A stretch of DNA of 64,000 bases from the IMG/VR virus record IMGVR_UViG_3300020050_015145, positions 8,208 to 72,207 of that record. The stretch is one strand, 5' to 3'. Shown piece after piece: positions 47,593-56,775 of the stretch (positions are counted from its first letter, which is position 1; every line of letters begins with the position of its first letter). Source of the DNA: a virus (lineage: Duplodnaviria > Caudoviricetes). The position numbers and the translations under genes are program-made. Below the pieces are notes generated by a model. That model ran no database searches, was not told the DNA's origin, and saw only the letters and a list, made by a program, of their open reading frames with translations.

Positions 47593-47787
47593 TTACGTTT
47601 TTGGCCAGTATTTGTCCAAATATTCTTTTACCGTCTTTTTGTCTTCGCTGTCGTTCAAATTGAGTTTTACTGTCAGCATGGTATGCACCTCTATCAATTC
47701 CTTTCTAAGGTTCATGATTTCTTTAAACAGCAAATCTTTGTGCAACGCTTCTTCGTTGTAGCCTTCGTAACATGGCAAAACTCTCAT
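47593..47787 (-). CDS. hypothetical protein
   Basis: 64-aa ORF. Confidence 0.5.
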   Translation of the reverse strand: MRVLPCYEGYNEEALHKDLLFKEIMNLRKELIEVHTMLTVKLNLNDSEDKKTVKEYLDKYWPKT

Positions 47788-47836
47788 ATTCTCGCTTTTG
47801 TCTTTTTATCCAATATTATTGTTTTCAAAATAAAAA

Positions 47837-48163
47837 TTATCGGGTATTCTTCCGACTCATTTCCTCCGCTTCTTTTTTGGCGCGTTCGGCACGTTCTTTT
47901 TGGTCGCTGTACCAGGTACCAATGTAGGCGAGATACGCTTCAAGCGGCTGATTAAGGAGGTAAGTGATGCGTTGAGGGTCTCCACCCGCAATTTCAAAGT
48001 GGTATTTGTAGCGCTCGTCAGTCCTATCCGCTTTGTAGCGGCGAGGCTGGATTCCAAAATCGACAACTCCATCATGAGTTGTTTTTTCAAATAATTCAGG
48101 CCGTCGTAACTGTACAGCATTTGCCAGTTGACGTACTTGGCCATTGGTTGCGCCAAAAAAAAA
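47837..48163 (-). CDS. ATG-less -1 frame ORF; putative frameshift extension of tail assembly chaperone
   Basis: 108 codons open from the T9 run at 48155-48163; ...YHFEIAGGDPQRITYLLNQPLEAYLAYIGTWYSDQKERAERAKKEAEEMSRKNTR. Confidence 0.6.
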   Translation of the reverse strand, partial: FFFGATNGQVRQLANAVQLRRPELFEKTTHDGVVDFGIQPRRYKADRTDERYKYHFEIAGGDPQRITYLLNQPLEAYLAYIGTWYSDQKERAERAKKEAEEMSRKNTR

Positions 48164-48624
48164 TCAAGCGATTCGGGCTGCTTCATCCAAAGTAGCTTAT
48201 TGCGCTGGGCTTTGGCCGCATCGTACACCAACGGATTTTCATCTTCAGCAAAATACCACGCCGTTGCGTTGTCGTAGGTGCGCTCAATGCTCAAGTCATA
48301 CTTGCGTCGTTGCCTCAAATTAACCACGTGCAGTTTGGCCGTCATTACGGCAGCATTGATGGCATCTTTGTCGGTTTCACTCATGATGGTCGTCAACACA
48401 TCGTCAATAACTGAAATAGCACTGTCCAACGTCAAGCCATCCAGCTTCAATTCGTCATGGTCGCGGTTCATATCGGCCATGGCGTAGAATCTCCCTGCAC
48501 TCATGGTGGTACCGCCTTGCGCAAATTGGTAGAACTTTACGCCATCTACCTCAAAAGGTTGCTCTTTAATGAGCGCCGGCTCAATCAGCCCTTCATCGAG
48601 AGCCTGTTTAAAATGTGGGTTCAT
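47857..48624 (-). CDS. tail assembly chaperone (putative, gpG-like)
   Basis: LDFF encoded by GAT TTT TTT TTG slippery run; overlapping -1 ORF. Confidence 0.55.
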   Translation of the reverse strand: MNPHFKQALDEGLIEPALIKEQPFEVDGVKFYQFAQGGTTMSAGRFYAMADMNRDHDELKLDGLTLDSAISVIDDVLTTIMSETDKDAINAAVMTAKLHVVNLRQRRKYDLSIERTYDNATAWYFAEDENPLVYDAAKAQRNKLLWMKQPESLDFFLAQPMAKYVNWQMLYSYDGLNYLKKQLMMELSILESSLAATKRIGLTSATNTTLKLRVETLNASLTSLISRLKRISPTLVPGTATKKNVPNAPKKKRRK

Positions 48625-49185
48625 TTATTTTCGTCTTTTAAAATCGCGTTTTTTATCCCAAGGAATACCGTGCGGTATTTGTTTGGTTAGCTTTTTATCT
48701 GCCCTCGCAAGTTCATCGGCCACTTTTTGGAGCTTGTCAGAAACGCTTTCGGTCGCAGATCCAAAATTGACAAGTGTCTGCCCAAGCTCTTCTACGTCAA
48801 CGCCCGGGAAAATCACTATACAATCCGGCAACGATTTCTCAACACGAAGCCTAAATAGTTCTTTGCTTATGTCTGGCTCACCTACTACAACAACCACAGG
48901 CCGAGGCGCTGTAACGACTTTTCCGTCTTTATTTTCTCCCACAAAAAGCAATTCTCCTATCTTTTTAATCGCCCGTTTTACCTGCTTTAGGTCGGCTCCC
49001 GTGAGATTAAAAAAATTTTCAGCCTCTTCGCCGAGACTCCTCAAGCCGGCTTCAGGTTGACTATAGGCGCTGTTCACCCCGACCGTACCGGTAAGTTTGT
49101 CCAACAATGGTGCAAGTACTTTTTTTATTTCGGCGTCAAACTCTTCTTTGCTCGTTATCATTTGTCGTTGTTTTTGCGGGATCAC
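48625..49185 (-). CDS. hypothetical protein
   Basis: 186-aa ORF. Confidence 0.6.
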   Translation of the reverse strand: MIPQKQRQMITSKEEFDAEIKKVLAPLLDKLTGTVGVNSAYSQPEAGLRSLGEEAENFFNLTGADLKQVKRAIKKIGELLFVGENKDGKVVTAPRPVVVVVGEPDISKELFRLRVEKSLPDCIVIFPGVDVEELGQTLVNFGSATESVSDKLQKVADELARADKKLTKQIPHGIPWDKKRDFKRRK

Positions 49186-49592
49186 ATAAGCACAACTCCC
49201 TTTTTCTTTTCAAGCCAAACGCTGTCCAACTCTTTTTCGTAAACGGTGAAATGGTAGCCTTTTTCGGTAATCACCAAATTGCCCTCTTGATAAAACACCT
49301 CGATATCCGTTGTTTCGGCGCCGATTCTCATCCAGTTTGCCACGCACGCCAAATGACTGTCCCGCTGAATCATGGCCATCATTGCATCTTTGTCGCTGCT
49401 GATTGGAAAATGTATCGTTACAACATGGCCAATAAACCCGCTTTTGGAGGCAGGGATATTTGTCAGCCAAACCCCAAAAATTATAATAGCGGCGCTAAAC
49501 AGTAAGCAACTCATACTTTCTTTGTTTTGGACTGATTTCTTTCCTTCTTGAAACAGGGACGACTTTCCCCGATACCAACCGAATGCCGCCAA
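49182..49592 (-). CDS. hypothetical membrane-anchored protein (true start probably MSCLLF)
   Basis: Hydrophobic N-terminus after an internal Met. Confidence 0.55.
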   Translation of the reverse strand: MAAFGWYRGKSSLFQEGKKSVQNKESMSCLLFSAAIIIFGVWLTNIPASKSGFIGHVVTIHFPISSDKDAMMAMIQRDSHLACVANWMRIGAETTDIEVFYQEGNLVITEKGYHFTVYEKELDSVWLEKKKGVVLM

Positions 49593-49827
49593 CCTCCCGA
49601 ACCACTACACAATCGGGATGAATCAAAAATGATTTATGCGGCCTTTCCAACTCCAATGTTCGGCACACCAATCCCAAATTGCGCGGCAGAAGCGTTGTTT
49701 TTCCATCCCGAAAATGCACTGTGGTGTAATTTCCGTATATCGCCTCGCAGTACTCCACATCGTCGGGATTGATGCCGAATTTGTTCTTTACCGGCAATAC
49801 TTTTTCAGGGCCTTCGGTCACTTTCAT
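49495..49827 (-). CDS. stand-alone LytTR DNA-binding domain protein
   Basis: YCEAIYGNYTTVH...RPHKSFLI...GKVVPVSRR. Confidence 0.8.
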   Translation of the reverse strand: MKVTEGPEKVLPVKNKFGINPDDVEYCEAIYGNYTTVHFRDGKTTLLPRNLGLVCRTLELERPHKSFLIHPDCVVVREVGGIRLVSGKVVPVSRRKEISPKQRKYELLTV

Positions 49828-50078
49828 GGGGGGGGTAAGGATTTAAGTTGGTTAATTACTTCTTTTGCCTTTAAGGTGCTTAATCGTTCTTTGGCTCGGT
49901 ACACGTCTTTTTGGCTTTCGTGCGACTCAATAGCCTGCATTGCCACCAATACATCAAACAGCCGTTTGTCCAGTTCAAAGGTTATCAAAAGCGCATGGCA
50001 ATAGATCAATTCAAAAGACCCCGAACAAAGCCAGATTCTAAGCACCCGTAATGCTTTGTTGTAATCGGATTCTACCAT
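49824..50078 (-). CDS. hypothetical protein
   Basis: 84-aa ORF coupled to next gene. Confidence 0.55.
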   Translation of the reverse strand: MVESDYNKALRVLRIWLCSGSFELIYCHALLITFELDKRLFDVLVAMQAIESHESQKDVYRAKERLSTLKAKEVINQLKSLPPP

Positions 50079-50259
50079 CTAACGAAGGTATTCCAGAACA
50101 TTACGCCCAGACAAACAGGCCACAAGACCAAGCCGATAATAATAAATATGACGTACTGAATCAGGATACCCTTCGGTTTGGTTTCTCTGATAAAATCCAT
50201 GGCCAAGCCCAGTCCCATCACAAGCCCGATTAAAAATAAACGATTGCAAAAAGCATAGC

Positions 50260-50541
50260 CTATCCTTTTGGATTTTTAACTCCAATATTATCCAGCGCAT
50301 TGGTAAACTCCGCCCTTGCTTTTTTTGCCATGTCCAGTTGGTCGTTAAGCCCCATTATGCGTTTGTCCAGTGCGTTCAGATGAAAAAGTACGGCTTCGTA
50401 CACCACTCTGCCCCGGTCTTCGTCGGACATAGGGTCGAGATGATGTAATATTTCTTTAACAGTGGACTCTACATTACTTTGAGTCCGACCGTCATTGCGC
50501 GAAACTAAAACTTCGCCTTGACCTGCGTAGTTGTTGTGCAT
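50260..50541 (-). CDS. hypothetical protein
   Basis: 93-aa coiled-coil ORF. Confidence 0.55.
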   Translation of the reverse strand: MHNNYAGQGEVLVSRNDGRTQSNVESTVKEILHHLDPMSDEDRGRVVYEAVLFHLNALDKRIMGLNDQLDMAKKARAEFTNALDNIGVKNPKG

Positions 50542-50570
50542 TGTTATAGAATTTAAAAGGTTGAAAATGA

Positions 50571-50930
50571 TTATTTGTAATTTTCGCTATCGGCATCGGC
50601 GTGCGGCCAAATACCTTCTTTTCCCAATTTGGGCGTAGTGATAGGCGGGAATCTTATCGGCTCCAACTTAGACAGCTTTTCAGAAACCTCTTCCTTGGTT
50701 CTTATCTTTCTTATTTGCAAATCATAACCTATCTGCAAATCAATCCAATACTGTGCTGAAATACCCAAGCATTGCTCAAACAAAACCGCCATTCGAGCCG
50801 AAATCGGCCTTTTGCCTTTGATGATTGCGCTTAAATGGGCCTTTGAAATACCTGCCCGAACAGCTAATTCAATCTGCTTGATGTTGCGAGACTTTAACGT
50901 TTGCCCCAATACTTTGCCCGGATGTTCCAT
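50571..50930 (-). CDS. HigA-like antitoxin/HTH protein (orphan)
   Basis: HPGKVL...QIELA.R.GISKAHLSAIIKGKRPISARMA...LGISAQYWIDLQ. Confidence 0.8.
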   Translation of the reverse strand: MEHPGKVLGQTLKSRNIKQIELAVRAGISKAHLSAIIKGKRPISARMAVLFEQCLGISAQYWIDLQIGYDLQIRKIRTKEEVSEKLSKLEPIRFPPITTPKLGKEGIWPHADADSENYK

Positions 50931-51121
50931 TAGTTAAATTTGAAAAGTAAATATCCGATACCGAACCACATGAGCACGATAAAGACAAAGTTGAATGGCG
51001 TAAGAGGCGGCTTGGCTGTGAGGTCATTGCGCAGTGCTTTTTCCTTTGCCTCAAGGTAATTGGTGATTTTAATAGCCAATGGATAACCAAGCATCCACAA
51101 TACAAATGATAGATTTTCCAT
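50930..51121 (-). CDS. small membrane protein
   Basis: Two hydrophobic segments. Confidence 0.55.
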   Translation of the reverse strand: MENLSFVLWMLGYPLAIKITNYLEAKEKALRNDLTAKPPLTPFNFVFIVLMWFGIGYLLFKFN

Positions 51122-51123
51122 GG

Positions 51124-51630
51124 TTACACCAATTCAGTTAAATCGTTGATTTGCAAACTGTATTCAATCCGAAACCCAAACAGGTTGGGATTATAGTTGC
51201 GCTCTTCGCTCACGGGCGTTTTCCAGTCATCCCGTATGATTTGTTCCGAGCGCACATCATACCGCTCCACACTGGCCATAGACACGCTTTGAAAGCATTG
51301 CAGCACTTTCACGAAATCAAACTCCGACTTGGAAACACCCAGATACACCATCCGCAGTTCATGGGTAAAATCCTCAAACTGCCCGTAATTGGCTTTTGGC
51401 TTCGGACTGCCTGAATCAAGCAAATGCGCTCCTTGAAAGTCGTACACCGTACTTTCCACGGTTACTTTTTTCAAGTTGGCATCAAATAGAAGAATCCGTT
51501 TGTCACTTACCGAATACAAAGGTTTTACCCGACCGTGCGCCCTGTATTTAATTTGAGGAGGTTCACATTGACGGGTGATTTTCTTTTCTATAAGCAGGTC
51601 GATTTGTGCTATTTTTTCCGTGAGTGTCAT
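51124..51630 (-). CDS. putative tail completion/terminator-type protein
   Basis: Start revised to MTLTEK; C-terminal FGFRIEYSL; inference. Confidence 0.4.
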   Translation of the reverse strand: MTLTEKIAQIDLLIEKKITRQCEPPQIKYRAHGRVKPLYSVSDKRILLFDANLKKVTVESTVYDFQGAHLLDSGSPKPKANYGQFEDFTHELRMVYLGVSKSEFDFVKVLQCFQSVSMASVERYDVRSEQIIRDDWKTPVSEERNYNPNLFGFRIEYSLQINDLTELV

Positions 51631-52016
51631 GGCATCTGTTTGGCTAATGGGTACTGACAAAAACCTTCGTGTCTCAAAGGAATGGCGGGCAAAATCGTCA
51701 GAACCACTTTCGTCTCTTCTTCGGGAATAGAAAGTAGTTTGAAGATTTGCGCACACAGTGCTTTATGCGAAAATCCGCACTGCGCTGTTTTTTTGGTGAT
51801 GGTTGCCACAAACGCATCTTTTGATGGTCCGTGGATTATGTACAGCTTACCATTCCCATCTGAATTAAATCGAATCTGTAACGTGTCGCCCTTTGCTCCA
51901 AGCAGCTTAACAGCGCCCGACGAAAAACGGACAGCACCCGTTTTGAGCAATACAATGGTGGGTATCAGGTTTTTGGGGCTGATACTTGGCCCCACGGTGG
52001 TTTTGTCCAGTATCAT
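51627..52016 (-). CDS. hypothetical protein
   Basis: 129-aa ORF. Confidence 0.6.
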   Translation of the reverse strand: MILDKTTVGPSISPKNLIPTIVLLKTGAVRFSSGAVKLLGAKGDTLQIRFNSDGNGKLYIIHGPSKDAFVATITKKTAQCGFSHKALCAQIFKLLSIPEEETKVVLTILPAIPLRHEGFCQYPLAKQMP

Positions 52017-52017
52017 A

Positions 52018-52344
52018 TTACCAATCAGAAGTTTTTGGTTTAACTTTTAATTCTCTCATCGTTCTGCATCGGGCAATTAATTTTTCGTCGGTTGCCTCCA
52101 AATAAAACACCTGTCTATATCCGTCTTCCAGCGTGACTACATATCGCGGTATTTCGTCGTCCATTCTTTCCACCGTAGCTTTAGGCCCCAACCCAAAAAA
52201 GTTAATAACCTTTTGTCGGCACTGCTCTTCGGTATCTCCCCAAACAGTCGCTTCAAATCGACCTTCATTGTAGTCGAACCGCCATTTTCTGCCCGATTTT
52301 TTTGGCTTTACATCTTCGGTTTTTAAGGCAAAGGGAGGTATCAT
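52018..52344 (-). CDS. hypothetical protein
   Basis: 108-aa ORF. Confidence 0.6.
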   Translation of the reverse strand: MIPPFALKTEDVKPKKSGRKWRFDYNEGRFEATVWGDTEEQCRQKVINFFGLGPKATVERMDDEIPRYVVTLEDGYRQVFYLEATDEKLIARCRTMRELKVKPKTSDW

Positions 52345-52791
52345 TTATTGTTTATCATTTTGAAGTTGATTGCCCATCGCCCCGCCATTCTCACTTACAT
52401 ACACCTGCAGTTTTTCAATGTTTTCAACCATGCATTGCAGGTCAATGCGGGTATAGGTTTTAAAATGTATGGTCCTGTTTTTGGCAAGCAGATTAACAAT
52501 CTCGTTTTTAAACTCCGACAGCTCTTTGTTTGCCCGCCAGCCGTTACAGTCAAAACAGCAATAGATTTTATTGAACCTGTTATTATACCCGCCTTTTGAC
52601 ACAGGAACAATATGCTCAACGGTTCTTTTTAATGGCTTTTTAAACTTGCGCAAACAATAGCAGCAGGCTTTTACGCTCAGCCCGATTTGGTTTGATTCAG
52701 GCTCTTTTTTCCATCCCTCCAATATCTTGAATGCTTCCAAGTTGAATTTGGCAACAGGCACGGGAATGTTAAAGGTTTTGGAAGGCTTCAT
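52345..52791 (-). CDS. HNH endonuclease
   Basis: CCYC...TVEHIVPVSKGG.N...N....CFDCN. Confidence 0.85.
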   Translation of the reverse strand: MKPSKTFNIPVPVAKFNLEAFKILEGWKKEPESNQIGLSVKACCYCLRKFKKPLKRTVEHIVPVSKGGYNNRFNKIYCCFDCNGWRANKELSEFKNEIVNLLAKNRTIHFKTYTRIDLQCMVENIEKLQVYVSENGGAMGNQLQNDKQ

Positions 52792-53096
52792 TTTCTCAAA
52801 CGGTATAGTCGGTTCAAAAAAGCAATAAGCACCCTTAAATGCGCTTCTTTTCGGCAGTCAATCTGATTCATATTGACAATAAACCGACACGCAACTTCGC
52901 TTTTTGACAGCGTCAAGCGCACATACAAAGGCAGCATCCACAAATCAATCGCCTGCCGGTACCACTTGCGACTTTCCTTTAGGTTTTTGTGAGCGATGCT
53001 CAGCGCAACAATGCCCGCAAACAAGCAAGAAGCACAAAAGCCGACAATTGCCGACCAAACCATCACAAACCCCGTCCAATAGTAAATTGCTTCCAT
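52788..53096 (-). CDS. hypothetical membrane protein
   Basis: N-terminal TM. Confidence 0.55.
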   Translation of the reverse strand: MEAIYYWTGFVMVWSAIVGFCASCLFAGIVALSIAHKNLKESRKWYRQAIDLWMLPLYVRLTLSKSEVACRFIVNMNQIDCRKEAHLRVLIAFLNRLYRLRK

Positions 53097-53563
53097 TAGT
53101 TAAAATCACTCATTACTTTTTGTCTGAACTTATCCAAAAGAAACTTTTTCTCCGAGTCCGATAAATAAAACGCCGGACCGAAATAAGCCTCCAAATACCC
53201 CGCAATCTCCGCCATACCCCTATCCAAAAAACCTACCACCGCTTCTTTGGCACTGCTGCTGATGATGTTGTAATTGCGCATCAAATCACCCTCCATAGTA
53301 AAATCTATATGGCCCGTTTGACGGCCGCGTTTGCGACGCATCAATGCAGCAGCTTTTGAATAAGCCTGAATAGAGCGAGGGCTTTTGGTACGCATCACAT
53401 CGCCCCTCGTATTTCTTCCCTGCTGCTGAATGCGATGCGACACCAAAGCCATTCCGTCCGCCGCCACTTCCAATAGGTAACGTGACATATTGGCCTCCAC
53501 CTTTCGGATGTTGACTTGCAGCTTGTAAGCTACTTCGGCAAGATTGGACTGGATTCTGATCAT
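53096..53563 (-). CDS. putative neck/tail-completion protein
   Basis: HIDFTMEGDLMR...AVVGF; inference. Confidence 0.5.
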   Translation of the reverse strand: MIRIQSNLAEVAYKLQVNIRKVEANMSRYLLEVAADGMALVSHRIQQQGRNTRGDVMRTKSPRSIQAYSKAAALMRRKRGRQTGHIDFTMEGDLMRNYNIISSSAKEAVVGFLDRGMAEIAGYLEAYFGPAFYLSDSEKKFLLDKFRQKVMSDFN

Positions 53564-53574
53564 TGGGCTTTGGC

Positions 53575-53838
53575 TTAATCATAAATACTTGGAATAACGG
53601 TAACAAATGGCTCGTTTTCGGGTCGTTTACCTGCGTAGGTAACATGACATCTAACCTCTTCCGCGCCGTACTCATACACCGTTTTATATCCGAAACGTTC
53701 GCACACTCGCTTTGCTTGTGCTTTATAATCACCCCTCATTTCTTTGGTAAAGAACCCCGCTTTTCGTAGTGGGGTAAAGGGAAAGTGCTCAAGCATGAAC
53801 CTTTTCAAAACAGCGTCTTTTTCTGTTAAGGCTTCCAT
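53575..53838 (-). CDS. hypothetical protein
   Basis: 87-aa ORF. Confidence 0.6.
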   Translation of the reverse strand: MEALTEKDAVLKRFMLEHFPFTPLRKAGFFTKEMRGDYKAQAKRVCERFGYKTVYEYGAEEVRCHVTYAGKRPENEPFVTVIPSIYD

Positions 53839-53847
53839 CTATTTAGG

Positions 53848-54825
53848 CTAAACATAACTCCCCATAAACCAACCGCCCTGATGCTCCGTATTGGTACCGG
53901 TCACCTGACTTTCTTCCAGATTGGTGTAAATGGTTTTAATGGCTTTGGTCAAATGGCTTTTGTACTGCACGTGGTAGTCATCCCGCAGTTCCTCCATTTT
54001 CATCTGGTTCGTATTGGTAAAGCCATTGAATTCATCCGAGGCCAAGCGCTCTTTGAGCAGCAGATGCCCGCACAAATACCGAAAAGCCGAAGCCAATTTG
54101 TCTTTGCGTTGCGTTACCATGCCCGCTATGTCGCCAACCACTTTACAATCCAAATGCACCGGCCATTGTCCGCCGACGGCTTTGGTATTCTCCGTCAAAT
54201 CGTTGTTAGTACTTGAATTATACACCTCCGCCGCATTGCACACCGCGCCGCTAAAGCCTTTATTGGCCCACATGGGTCGCAGTAGGGTAGAGGTTTTTAG
54301 GCCCGCAAACAGACAAAACCCGCCCAAATCCACAATTTTTGTAGCCAATACAATCGGAATGCGGTTAATGCCCGCCGTCAGCGCCTGGTCGTCTTTGCGC
54401 CAAAGTTCCGTGAGTATATCACGGTCATACACCACAACTTGTGCCGTGCCGGAAGATTGGGCCCATACAATCAACTGAATCATTGAAACTCCGACGTGTT
54501 TTTGGTAATTCATTTCAAAAACCACCCCGTGGTACCCGTGGTAAGAAGTGAAAGGCTGTAATGGGTCGGGAGTAGGAGGAACGGTTTCGCAAAGCTCGTG
54601 ACGGAAATCGCGTTTTTCGGCCAATTGCACTTCAAAGTCAAGTGTCAGCTGTTCCAGCGCATTGGTTTTAACCCGCGTCCATAAATCATCAATGCTTTCA
54701 TTGTCACCGCTGCGCGTCAAACTGTCCACCATTTCCTGCGACAAACCCGTAAGGTCATTAACCAAATAGGTGGAGCCGCTATCCACGGGAGCCAAATTCA
54801 CCAAACCATCAAATGTATTTGCCAT
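53848..54825 (-). CDS. putative head-tail connector protein
   Basis: 325 aa; YLVNDLTGLS...FRYLCGHLLLKERLASD; inference from context. Confidence 0.5.
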   Translation of the reverse strand: MANTFDGLVNLAPVDSGSTYLVNDLTGLSQEMVDSLTRSGDNESIDDLWTRVKTNALEQLTLDFEVQLAEKRDFRHELCETVPPTPDPLQPFTSYHGYHGVVFEMNYQKHVGVSMIQLIVWAQSSGTAQVVVYDRDILTELWRKDDQALTAGINRIPIVLATKIVDLGGFCLFAGLKTSTLLRPMWANKGFSGAVCNAAEVYNSSTNNDLTENTKAVGGQWPVHLDCKVVGDIAGMVTQRKDKLASAFRYLCGHLLLKERLASDEFNGFTNTNQMKMEELRDDYHVQYKSHLTKAIKTIYTNLEESQVTGTNTEHQGGWFMGSYV

Positions 54826-54914
54826 ATCGCTTTTGTTTTGACAAAAGGGGAATGATTTATAAAACCATCCCCCTCTAACTCATTCCTAAACCCTTAACCT
54901 TATTTTTTCAGACA

Positions 54915-54976
54915 CAAATATAATAAGATTTGCAAATATTAATAATAATACATAAAAATATTAATAATATACTTAC
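54915..54976 (-). promoter_or_regulatory. promoter element and operator
   Basis: Minus TATATTTG (54915-54922); 54956-54975 is identical to 42182-42201. Confidence 0.55.
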
Positions 54977-56775
54977 GCTAAATCAGCGTATCCCAGCTTT
55001 CTGAAGGTATCGTACTCAAAGCCCGTTAAGTCGTAACGAAATGTGTCACCGCAATTATGAACCAATATATTGTTGGCAAAAAACTCGGGGAGGCCTTCTA
55101 CTGTAAGGTCATAGACCGTCGCTATTCTTTCGGAGTTGGGCAGCGCAAGCTCGGGAGCAACATTTTGGCCCCGTGTATCGGCAGGCGCTGAATGTTTTTT
55201 TGCAATGAGGGCATTGGCGGTCAATGTGGTCAATCCTGTTAACTCTTCGGTACTTGGCTTTACAGGCTTGTTTTTCCATAGTGCTGACTTTGAGGTACTT
55301 AATTTACAAAATAAATCCCATCTCAGCAAGTGCTTTGCCTGAATAAAACCACGATTTTTTGTATAAATCGGGTGGTCGTCGGTGCAGGTAACTAAGTGGC
55401 CGTCCAGATTATAAGTTCTTACTTTTGCCGCTAATTCTGTGATCCCCGATGCCTTTACCCGTTTAAAACCTTTGCGAGTCAATACATATTCCCCCGTAGT
55501 TACCTGCTCAATTGGTTTAGAGCCGGTAAGAGTTTCCACCATTGTTCCCGCCACAAAGCAGTGTCCGTAGTCGAATTTGTCACAATCGGCCTTATTCAAT
55601 TTACCGTCGCTCAGTACCGACATTCGCGCAATGTCGCTCAGCAGTACCGTACAATTTTCCGAAATCACCAAATTGCTTTTGTAATAGCGAAGCAACGAAT
55701 TGCAAATCATGCGACTGGTATCCGTACCCAGGTTGAAGGTCGGCACGCGGTCAAAATTCACCCACGCCGCTTTGTATTTTTTGAAATAAGATTCGATGAG
55801 CGACCAAGCCGATACATTGCCCGTCGTAAGCGCACTTCCTCCGCGACCGCTGGCATCACCCGTACAAAAGATTTGGTTGCGTCCGTATTTTGCGGCCAGT
55901 TCTTTGACCAACGCCTCCAAATCTTCGCCATGCCCGCCCAGCATATAAAACTCTTCGATGTAATACACCTTTCCGCCATATCGCTGACACACCAAACAAC
56001 TGTTGCGCTTATTGAAGTCAAAAGATAGGTAAACAGATTCCCGTGGATTGTAGGCCACTTTGCCCGTCATGGTTTTTTTGTCGAAGTCCCGCAGGTAAGG
56101 ATTGCCGTTGATCAATACCCATTTGGCCTCGTACAAACTTTGGAAAATGTCATCGGGCAAGGTCTTTTTGGCATCTTCCACTTCTTCGCGGCTTAACAAA
56201 CCCGCCGACACGGCATCCCAACAGGTAATTTTATAATACGACCAGTCGCCTATCTCTCCTTTTTCAGCCTGTTCGGCCAGTTTACTGCCCCAGTGGTCGG
56301 GATGCGTTTTGTTGCCGATAAATTTTACTTTGGCCCGGGTTGCCGTGATTGTTGAGCGTAGCGCCCACCAACTTTCCTCTTTGGCCCGCGTGAATTCATC
56401 AAACACTGCTCCATACACGTCTTCCCCGTAGAGGTTATCAGGATTGTCGGCCGATTTAAACCAGATAATTGCCCCGTTCCAAAGGGTAAGTGTGAGCTTG
56501 GAAGTATTGAAGGAAACTTTCTTTTTGAGCGGTGACAAATACCGCTTCATGCGGGCATAAGCAATCGAGGCTTGGGCATACACCGGTGCGATCCACCAAT
56601 AATTGCGACCCTCTTTTCCTTCGGTCTTTGCCAGATTTATCAGCCAAACAATGTGGCTTGCCGTTTTGCCAGCCTTGGTGGAGGCTTCCGTAATGGTGAA
56701 GCGATTTTCATCCGTCAGTATTCTGCGTTGGTAATCAACCAGTACGGGAAAATTAAGCGTAATGGTTGCCGCCAT
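54973..56775 (-). CDS. terL: terminase large subunit containing an intein
   Basis: EASTKAGKT (Walker A), VFDE (Walker B), SFDFN and GDASG nuclease motifs; spliced product restores DYGH-CGDTFRY. Confidence 0.9.
   Translation of the reverse strand: MAATITLNFPVLVDYQRRILTDENRFTITEASTKAGKTASHIVWLINLAKTEGKEGRNYWWIAPVYAQASIAYARMKRYLSPLKKKVSFNTSKLTLTLWNGAIIWFKSADNPDNLYGEDVYGAVFDEFTRAKEESWWALRSTITATRAKVKFIGNKTHPDHWGSKLAEQAEKGEIGDWSYYKITCWDAVSAGLLSREEVEDAKKTLPDDIFQSLYEAKWVLINGNPYLRDFDKKTMTGKVAYNPRESVYLSFDFNKRNSCLVCQRYGGKVYYIEEFYMLGGHGEDLEALVKELAAKYGRNQIFCTGDASGRGGSALTTGNVSAWSLIESYFKKYKAAWVNFDRVPTFNLGTDTSRMICNSLLRYYKSNLVISENCTVLLSDIARMSVLSDGKLNKADCDKFDYGHCFVAGTMVETLTGSKPIEQVTTGEYVLTRKGFKRVKASGITELAAKVRTYNLDGHLVTCTDDHPIYTKNRGFIQAKHLLRWDLFCKLSTSKSALWKNKPVKPSTEELTGLTTLTANALIAKKHSAPADTRGQNVAPELALPNSERIATVYDLTVEGLPEFFANNILVHNCGDTFRYDLTGFEYDTFRKLGYADLA
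55054..55560 (-). mobile_element. mini-intein (169 aa) in TerL nuclease domain
   Basis: CFVAGTMVET...KPIEQV...CTDDHPI...VYDLTVE...FANNILVHN|C. Confidence 0.92.
55109..55279 (-). CDS. out-of-frame Cys-rich ORF nested in the intein (zinc-finger remnant)
   Basis: Manual translation MEKQACKAKYRRVNRIDHIDRQCPHCKKTFSACRYTGPKCCSRACAAQLRKNSDGL. Confidence 0.6.
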   Translation of the reverse strand: MEKQACKAKYRRVNRIDHIDRQCPHCKKTFSACRYTGPKCCSRACAAQLRKNSDGL

